A DNA stretch of 64,000 nucleotides, from contig NZ_JAGYIM010000017.1 of NCBI RefSeq assembly GCF_018402695.1, positions 56,074-120,073 on the forward strand, given 5' to 3'. The notes under the pieces are model-generated. The model was not told the origin of the DNA. It saw only the letters and a program-made list of their open reading frames with translations, and ran no database searches. Shown here piece by piece: positions 1 through 5,381 of the stretch. Source of the DNA: Arsukibacterium sp. Its GTDB lineage: Bacteria; Pseudomonadota; Gammaproteobacteria; Enterobacterales; Alteromonadaceae. A program made the position numbers and the translations under genes. The stretch's first letter is position 1, and each line of letters starts with the position of its first letter.

Positions 1-731
1 GGCCCAATATGCGCTTTGTAGCAGTTAAATCAGAATCACAACAAGCAGTATTAGTCATGCATCGTATGCGTGACCAATGGGTGCGTGAGCGCACTTCACT
101 GATGAACCAAATCCGCAGCTACCTGCACGAATTTGGTATCGTAATTAATCAGGGCCGTGCAGCGTTAGCCAAGACATTACCCTTGGTGGCTGAATCGGAA
201 ACCTTGCCACTGCTGTTTCGCCAAAGCATTGCGGATTTAGCTGATAGGCTGACTGATTTGGAGACGCGGATTACTGCACTTAACAAACGGATTGAAAGCT
301 GGAGTAAGCAAGATAGCACAGCAAAAGCACTACTCGAGGTCTGTGGTGTCGGTAGCGTTACCGCCAGTGCAGCAGTAGCAACGGCCGGCGATGTGTCAGT
401 ATTTAAAAACGGCCGGCAATTTGCCGCCTGGCTCGGTTTAGTACCAAGACAGAATTCATCGGGTGGTAAAACACAGCTCGGAGCCATTACCAAACGTGGC
501 GACCGTTATTTGCGAACACTGCTGGTGCAAGGCGCCCGAACAGTAATGCTGGCAGCGAGCAGAGCTCAAAAATCCACACAAACGACACCGATGTTTGAAT
601 GGATTTATAAGCTGCAAGAGCGACGGCCAAACAATGTCGTGGCAGTCGCTATCGCCGCAAAACAGGCCAGAATGCTCTGGGCAATTATGGCAAAACAGCA
701 GCGGCAAGATGCGCAAGGCTTATCAACATGA
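1..731 (+). CDS. IS110-family (IS1111-like) transposase; N-terminus lies outside the window
   Basis: Frame 3 is open from the first bases (..PNMRFVAVKSESQQ..). GVGSVTASAAVATAGD..FKNGRQFAAWLGLVPRQNSSGGK..ITKRGDRYLRTLLVQGA is the typical C-terminal IS116/IS110/IS902 transposase domain. The DEDD N-domain is off-window. Confidence 0.85.
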   Translation, partial: PNMRFVAVKSESQQAVLVMHRMRDQWVRERTSLMNQIRSYLHEFGIVINQGRAALAKTLPLVAESETLPLLFRQSIADLADRLTDLETRITALNKRIESWSKQDSTAKALLEVCGVGSVTASAAVATAGDVSVFKNGRQFAAWLGLVPRQNSSGGKTQLGAITKRGDRYLRTLLVQGARTVMLAASRAQKSTQTTPMFEWIYKLQERRPNNVVAVAIAAKQARMLWAIMAKQQRQDAQGLST

Positions 732-950
732 TGTAGCAATACAATGTAGTAAAACAGTAAGTTAACGACAACTCTCAACCAAAGAATTGCACTACAAAGC
801 GGATAAAACAAAGCGGCAACGACCGTGCACAGGAAGGGCCTGATAACAATCCCGGTATTCATTACCGTTGATGCGATGAGGCACCTGTGCGCGAAAGTTA
901 TCAGGGCTGGAGCATGGCTAACACCATGAAACTCACGAGCCGAATAGACG
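1..950 (+). mobile_element. IS110/IS1111-family insertion sequence (partial; right boundary uncertain, somewhere between 731 and ~1000)
   Basis: The transposase ORF is followed by ~200-280 nt of non-coding DNA, as is usual for this family. A 9-bp inverted repeat CCTGATAAC/GTTATCAGG lies at ~838-906. The boundary was not determined. Confidence 0.45.
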
Positions 951-1027
951 TATGCAGTCATTCACCGCCAAGTTTGATCACTTTGTTCTTGCAATAGAGG
1001 GGGAGTCCATAGACGGTTTGTTATGTG
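912..1027 (-). other. attC of cassette 3, probably truncated or disrupted (only the R''/L'' side is convincing)
   Basis: The minus strand reads CACATAACAAACCG.. starting at 1027, the same CACATAAC core as the attC at 1405-1487. I could not find a matching L'/R' partner with the GGGCGTTATGTG context. The only candidate R' is GGTGTTAGCC at ~912-921. Confidence 0.35.
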
Positions 1028-1401
1028 TGAATTTCAAATCGAAGCTCCCCGCCAGATATTTTTATAATGCCGAAATCACCGGTAAGCTCAAATCCACCAT
1101 CGACCACCTGCAATGTATCAATGTTGCCATAATCAATTGAACCGTAAGGATCAGTTGATGACATTACAGCTGATTTGGGCTTTAAACCAGATACGGAAAC
1201 TGTATTAACAAATTGAAGTATTGCTTTTCGGTAACACGTATATTCATTTAGCTTTGGCTCAACATAATATTTGGACTCTGGCCAAATACTGGCCTCCAGC
1301 TCAAGGCGCAGGCAGTTATTCTCATAATTCCAATCTAAAACGAAAGAATCATTGAGATCGATACCGTTAAATACTTCCATTTGGCGCCAATCCATAGTCA
1401 T
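1021..1401 (-). CDS. integron cassette 3 ORF, hypothetical protein (126 aa)
   Basis: A single ORF fills the cassette. Its stop codon TAA lies inside the attC core CACATAAC. There is no signal peptide and no family I recognise. Confidence 0.6.
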   Translation of the reverse strand: MTMDWRQMEVFNGIDLNDSFVLDWNYENNCLRLELEASIWPESKYYVEPKLNEYTCYRKAILQFVNTVSVSGLKPKSAVMSSTDPYGSIDYGNIDTLQVVDGGFELTGDFGIIKISGGELRFEIHT

Positions 1402-1404
1402 TCA

Positions 1405-1487
1405 CACATAACGCCCAAATATGCGGCGCCCGACGCAGGAGGGTGTCCGGCGCGTGAAACGCGCGTACATAATTTGCTTGTTATGTG
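1405..1487 (-). other. attC recombination site (cassette 2)
   Basis: Minus strand: CACATAAC-AAGCAAATTATG..GCGCGTTTCACGCGC..CATATTTGGGC-GTTATGTG. The terminal cores are inverted (RYYYAAC / GTTRRRY type). The inner arms pair imperfectly (CAAATTATG vs CATATTTG) with an unpaired T, as in attC extrahelical bases. Confidence 0.75.
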
Positions 1488-1489
1488 AT

Positions 1490-1801
1490 TTAATCAAAAA
1501 CGTACTCCTTAATTATAAAAACCTTTATGTGCTCACACTCTTGAGCATGGGCTGGCTTATGGTTTTTACAATAAGGCTCTTCATAGCCAATTACTCGCTT
1601 TGCCGTAACTAGCTTTGGACAAATCTCCATCGCACTACCTTTAGCGAAATACGATTGGCCAGAACCGTGCGGCTTTAGACTAAATACAACACCTAGCCCT
1701 TCCCTAGCCAACGGGCCGCAGTCGTCGACTTCCACTTCAATATCCTGGGCGAATACCACGGAACACCAAAGTCCTATTAGAAACGTTAAATATCTGATCA
1801 T
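1490..1801 (-). CDS. integron cassette 2 ORF, small secreted Cys-containing protein (~103 aa from ATG; the GTG at 1810 gives 106 aa)
   Basis: MIRYLTFLIGLWCSVVFA-QD is a signal peptide. The mature part has 5 Cys. The ORF fills the cassette between two attC sites. Confidence 0.6.
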   Translation of the reverse strand: MIRYLTFLIGLWCSVVFAQDIEVEVDDCGPLAREGLGVVFSLKPHGSGQSYFAKGSAMEICPKLVTAKRVIGYEEPYCKNHKPAHAQECEHIKVFIIKEYVFD

Positions 1802-1807
1802 AGTTTT

Positions 1808-1904
1808 CACATAACGCCCGGCTTTGGGGCGGACTTATAGCCGCGCAGCGGCGGAAAGGCCGTCCCAGCCCCGCAGGGGCGACAACAGCCGATTGTTAGA
1901 GCGC
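1808..1904 (-). other. attC recombination site (cassette 1)
   Basis: Minus strand: GCGCTCTAAC-AATCGGCT....AGCCGGGC-GTTATGTG. The R'' core GCTCTAAC is the exact complement of the GTTAGAGC junction at 2669-2676, as expected for one circularisable cassette. Confidence 0.8.
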
Positions 1905-1911
1905 ATTCGAG

Positions 1912-2613
1912 CTACGCATGAAGATCAACGAGTTCAGCAATTTTCTTTGCTACAACGGCCATAGAGTCTTCTGCAGTATCTAGGCCGCTCCTCGAGGCCA
2001 GCATTGGGCTGACATTACGCAGTGCGTCGTAAGTCGTCTTGTGCACAATTGGGACAAGCTGATTACGCGCCAGCAAGGCCGAGAGCTCTTTATCGGCGAC
2101 ACCTTCTTTTGGCAGCCTCACAAGAAGCGCAGGCGTTACAAGAACAAGTCCAATTTTTGAGTTCGCCAAGCCCTTATCGATTGCGCGCATCATCGGTACA
2201 CCTAAGCCAAGGTCCTTCTCGCTGAACCAGACTTTGACTCCAGCCGCCACGAGCAAGTCGTGCAGCTCCTTCGCTGACTCTTGGCGGTCGTCCCAAGCAT
2301 GGCAGAGAAACACATCCCGAAGATCTGGTTGCTGCGCTGCCCGTGCTTCAACTGCTTCGCGGAATGGTGTTAACGATACGATCTGGGCAGGCGTGTAAGA
2401 GACGGAAGAGCCGGCTCTCGACCAGCGTGGTCTTGAACCACCACTTGATCCGCTACCCCCGCTACTGCTGCGGTAGCTACTCCCTCCACTACCGGAAGAG
2501 GTGTAAGACGAAGAGTAGCCGCCGTAACCTCTACTACGATAACGACATGCTGGGCATGCAGCTGCTGCTGCCGCTGAACTATGACCGCGAACTGGAGCCG
2601 TGCATCTAGCCAT
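1912..2613 (-). CDS. TIR domain-containing protein with N-terminal Cys pair and Gly/Ser/Tyr low-complexity region (integron cassette 1)
   Basis: A strong SD (GAGGGAG) lies ~7 nt upstream of the ATG. The C-terminal ~140 aa has TIR hallmarks: DVFLCHAWDDRQ.., GVKVWFSEKDLGLG.., IGLVLVTPALL. The N-terminal part reads CPACRYRSRGYGGYSSSYTSSGSGGSSYRSSSGGSGSSGGS. Confidence 0.8.
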   Translation of the reverse strand: MARCTAPVRGHSSAAAAAACPACRYRSRGYGGYSSSYTSSGSGGSSYRSSSGGSGSSGGSRPRWSRAGSSVSYTPAQIVSLTPFREAVEARAAQQPDLRDVFLCHAWDDRQESAKELHDLLVAAGVKVWFSEKDLGLGVPMMRAIDKGLANSKIGLVLVTPALLVRLPKEGVADKELSALLARNQLVPIVHKTTYDALRNVSPMLASRSGLDTAEDSMAVVAKKIAELVDLHA

Positions 2614-2668
2614 CTCTTACTCCCTCTTTCAGCTTATTACTTCCGGTTGCGACAGAACCTGACGATGC

Positions 2669-2895
2669 GCTCTAACAATTTAATAGAAGGCACTATGCCC
2701 GCAAGTCGCACCAGCAAGTCGCCTTCAACAAAAAATTTAATTTCCCAAAACTAACCCGAAAAACACCGGTTATCAACAACTTTCTGTTTACCACTGTTAA
2801 TAAACTTAACTAAAAGTAGGCGTTGTGCCCGCAAGTTGGTGGATATTTAACTCATAGCAGACTACTGTATAAATAAACACTATCAAGGTGACGCT
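2669..2895. other. attI region (attI/cassette junction GTTAGAGC on the minus strand at 2676-2669, plus the upstream intI-proximal region)
   Basis: It lies between divergent intI and the first cassette. The junction core matches attC1 R''. Three copies of GCAAGT(C/T)G occur at 2701, 2714 and 2831; two of them extend to TGCCCGCAAGT. Confidence 0.5.
2865..2880. promoter_or_regulatory. LexA-box-like palindrome upstream of intI
   Basis: CTGTATAAATAAACAC compared with CTGT-N8-ACAG has one mismatch. It overlaps a TATAAA -10-like hexamer and ends 16 nt before the intI ATG. Confidence 0.4.
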
Positions 2896-3860
2896 ATGGC
2901 ATCCCCATTTCTGGAATATATCGCCGACTTTATGAGAACCCGCCGCTATGCCAGGCGGACTATTGACACCTACCTGTATTGGATCAAGTTTTTTATATTG
3001 CACAACAAAAAACAGCATCCAAATGCACTTGGCGATCTGGAAGTTGAACAGTTTCTGTCTTTTCTATCAAATCAACGCAATGTTGCGGTAAAAACGCAAG
3101 CAACGGCGCTTAATGCGTTGAGTTTTCTTTATAAACATATTATTCAGCGACCGTTGTCTTTGCAGCTAAATTTTAATAAAGCCCGTGTAGCTCAAAAGTT
3201 GCCAGTGGTATTAACCAGAGCAGAAATACAACAACTTCTATTAGTAATAGATCCCAAATACAAATTGATAGCCCAACTATTGTATGGCAGTGGTTTACGC
3301 CTGATGGAAGCAGTACGGCTTCGGGTGCAAGATATTGATTTTGACTACTTGTCAGTAATGGTGTGGCAGGGAAAAGGTAATAAAAACCGAAGGGTTACGC
3401 TGGCAGCAGAGTTAGTTCCTGTTTTACACATCCAAATTCATCAAATTGAACAGTATTTTCAGGCTGACTTCCAAAACCCGCAATATGCCGGTGTATGGCT
3501 GCCTTTTGCTCTTGCCCGAAAATATCCGGCAGCTCCTAGTGAAATTGGCTGGCAGTATTTATTTCCATCAGGCCAGTTAAGTGTTGATCCAGAATCTAAA
3601 CTACTACGGCGTCACCATATAGATGAAACAACTGTCAGGCGAGCCATTAAATTGGCGGCTCGACAGGCTAAAATTAAGAAAATGTAACCTGCCATACTTT
3701 GCGCCATTCATTTGCCACACATCTACTTGAAGCGGGTATGGACATCCGCACCGTACAAGAACAATTGGGCCATAGCGATGTACGCACCACCCAAATTTAC
3801 ACCCATATACTTAAACAAGGCGCCAGTGGCGTAAGAAGCCCGCTATCACAACTGCTATAA
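2896..3860 (+). pseudogene. intI: integron integrase IntI, interrupted by a frameshift at an A-run near 3676-3684
   Basis: Frame 1 (2896-3687) gives a 263-aa IntI-like N-terminal part, including the integron-specific ..WQYLFPS..RRHHIDE.. segment. The sequence continues in frame 3 as [55 protein letters not shown] to the TAA at 3858-3860. The catalytic HxxR/H/Y residues are downstream of the shift. Confidence 0.85.
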
Positions 3861-3884
3861 AAAAAGGGCGCCGTAGCGCCCTGT
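3861..3884 (-). terminator. intrinsic terminator after prpF
   Basis: GGGCGC-cgta-GCGCCC hairpin, followed on the minus strand by a T-run (plus-strand aaaaaa at 3859-3865). Confidence 0.6.
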
Positions 3885-3902
3885 TCAACTGGTAGTTTCT
3901 GG

Positions 3903-5090
3903 TTAGAAGCTATCACCTGGTATGCGGACCCAGCCTTCCATTAGTACCCGGGCGCTGCGGCTCATAATGGCTTTGGTGACTGTCCATTCACCATTAACCT
4001 GTTCAGCTGCCGCCCCTACTTTCAACGTACCTGACGGGTGGCCGAAGCGCACGGCTTCACGCTCAGTGCCACCGGCGGCCAGGTTAACTAACGTGCCGGG
4101 TATCGCAGCGGCGGTGCCAATGGCGACGGCAGCGGTACCCATCATGGCATGATGCAGTTTACCCATAGACAATGCCCGTACCAGCAGATCAATATCACTG
4201 GCAGCTACCTGTTTGCCGCTGGATGAGACATAGGCCTGCGGCGGCGCGACAAAGGCGACTTTCGGTGTGTGCTGGCGTACGGTTGCCTGTTCAATGTTGT
4301 TAATTAAGCCCATTTTCAGCGCGCCGTGGGCACGGATGGTTTCAAACCGTTGTAAGGCCTCAACATCGCCATTTATTGCCTCTTGCAACTCGGTGCCGCT
4401 GTAGCCAATATCGGCAGCATTAACAAAAATGGTCGGAATACCGGCATTAATCAGCGTTGCTTTAATGCGGCCAATACCCGGCACATCCAGCTCGTCAACG
4501 ATATTGCCGGTAGGGAACATCGCGCCCCCGCCCTCGCCTGCATCAGCGGCCGGGTTGAGAAACTCTATTTGTACTTCAGCTGCCGGAAAGGTTACACCAT
4601 CCAGCTCAAAATCACCGGTTTCCTGCACGTCGCCGTTTGTGATTGGTACATGGGCAATAATGGTTTTATTAATATTGCCCTGCCATATCCGCACGGTGCA
4701 AAACCCGTTTTCAGGAATGCGATCTTTCGCTACCAGGCCATTGCTGATAGCAAATGAACCTACCGCAGCACTTAAGTTACCGCAGTTACCGCTCCAGTCG
4801 ATAAAGGGTTTATCTATCGCGACCTGGCCGAAAATATAGTCAACATCGTGGTTGGCTTTGCTGCTTTTGCTTAAAATTACCGCCTTACTGGTACTGGATG
4901 TCGCGCCGCCCATACCATCGGTATGCTTACCATAGGGGTCCGGGCTGCCAATAACCCGTAGTAACAACTTGTCACGGGCAGAGCCTGACTTTTGAGCCTC
5001 CTCTGGTAAGTCGTCCAGTTTAAAAAACACCCCTTTCGAGGTTCCGCCACGCATGTAAGTTGCGGGGATTTTAATTTGTGGTGTAGTCAT
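3903..5090 (-). CDS. prpF: 2-methylaconitate cis-trans isomerase PrpF
   Basis: MTTPQIKIPATYMRGGTSKGVFF.. is the PrpF family signature and the gene is adjacent to acnD. Start chosen at the internal ATG at 5090 rather than the ORF maximum at 5138. Confidence 0.9.
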   Translation of the reverse strand: MTTPQIKIPATYMRGGTSKGVFFKLDDLPEEAQKSGSARDKLLLRVIGSPDPYGKHTDGMGGATSSTSKAVILSKSSKANHDVDYIFGQVAIDKPFIDWSGNCGNLSAAVGSFAISNGLVAKDRIPENGFCTVRIWQGNINKTIIAHVPITNGDVQETGDFELDGVTFPAAEVQIEFLNPAADAGEGGGAMFPTGNIVDELDVPGIGRIKATLINAGIPTIFVNAADIGYSGTELQEAINGDVEALQRFETIRAHGALKMGLINNIEQATVRQHTPKVAFVAPPQAYVSSSGKQVAASDIDLLVRALSMGKLHHAMMGTAAVAIGTAAAIPGTLVNLAAGGTEREAVRFGHPSGTLKVGAAAEQVNGEWTVTKAIMSRSARVLMEGWVRIPGDSF

Positions 5091-5146
5091 AGTTGTTACC
5101 CATTGAATTTTTTTATTGCGTGGAGTACGAGCCGACAACCCTATTT

Positions 5147-5199
5147 TGCTCGCCGCAGCAACTCGTGAACGTGTGCGCGTTCACTCAGACACTCTACGG
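5147..5199 (+). repeat. intergenic repeat copy A (TGCTCGCC-R-CAGCAACTCG / variable hairpin / TCAGACACTCT)
   Basis: Shares both flanking blocks with the copies at 5277-5330 (inverted) and 8219-8273. Confidence 0.6.
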
Positions 5200-5276
5200 C
5201 GACAAAACAGGGCATCGACTCTCCCTTCGGAAAAAATGCACTCTGTCAGCGAAGATTAGAACCTCTGAAATGTTGT

Positions 5277-5330
5277 CACAGAGTGTCTGAATCCTGCCGC
5301 AGGCATAAGGACGAGTTGCTGTGACAAGCA
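5277..5330 (-). repeat. intergenic repeat copy B (inverted relative to copy A)
   Basis: The reverse complement, TGCTTGTCACAGCAACTCGTCCTTATGCCTGCGGCAGGATTCAGACACTCTGTG, is near-identical to copy C. Confidence 0.65.
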
Positions 5331-5381
5331 GTTCAGAGCGTTGTAATCGCAGCAATTACTGCTTACTTTTGGCAACAGCAG

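Larger units (their letters stand above)
1021..3860. mobile_element. chromosomal integron (intI pseudogene, attI, at least 3 cassettes)
   Basis: intI is divergent from an array of single-ORF units. The units are separated by imperfect palindromes with RYYYAAC/GTTRRRY cores, and the cassette junction logic is self-consistent. Confidence 0.8.

Noticed and set aside
836-908. An attC-like inverted repeat on the plus strand (GCCTGATAAC-AATCC...GTTATCAGGGC, ~70 bp) downstream of the IS110 transposase gene.
   Set aside because: Only the outer 9 bp pair. The inner L''/L'-equivalent arms do not, and its orientation is opposite to the array. It may be an IS-end structure or a degenerate attC; I cannot decide from sequence.
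952-1140. 62-aa plus-strand ORF spanning the attC3 core and the 3' end of cassette 3.
   Set aside because: It is antisense to a better cassette ORF, crosses a recombination site and has no SD.
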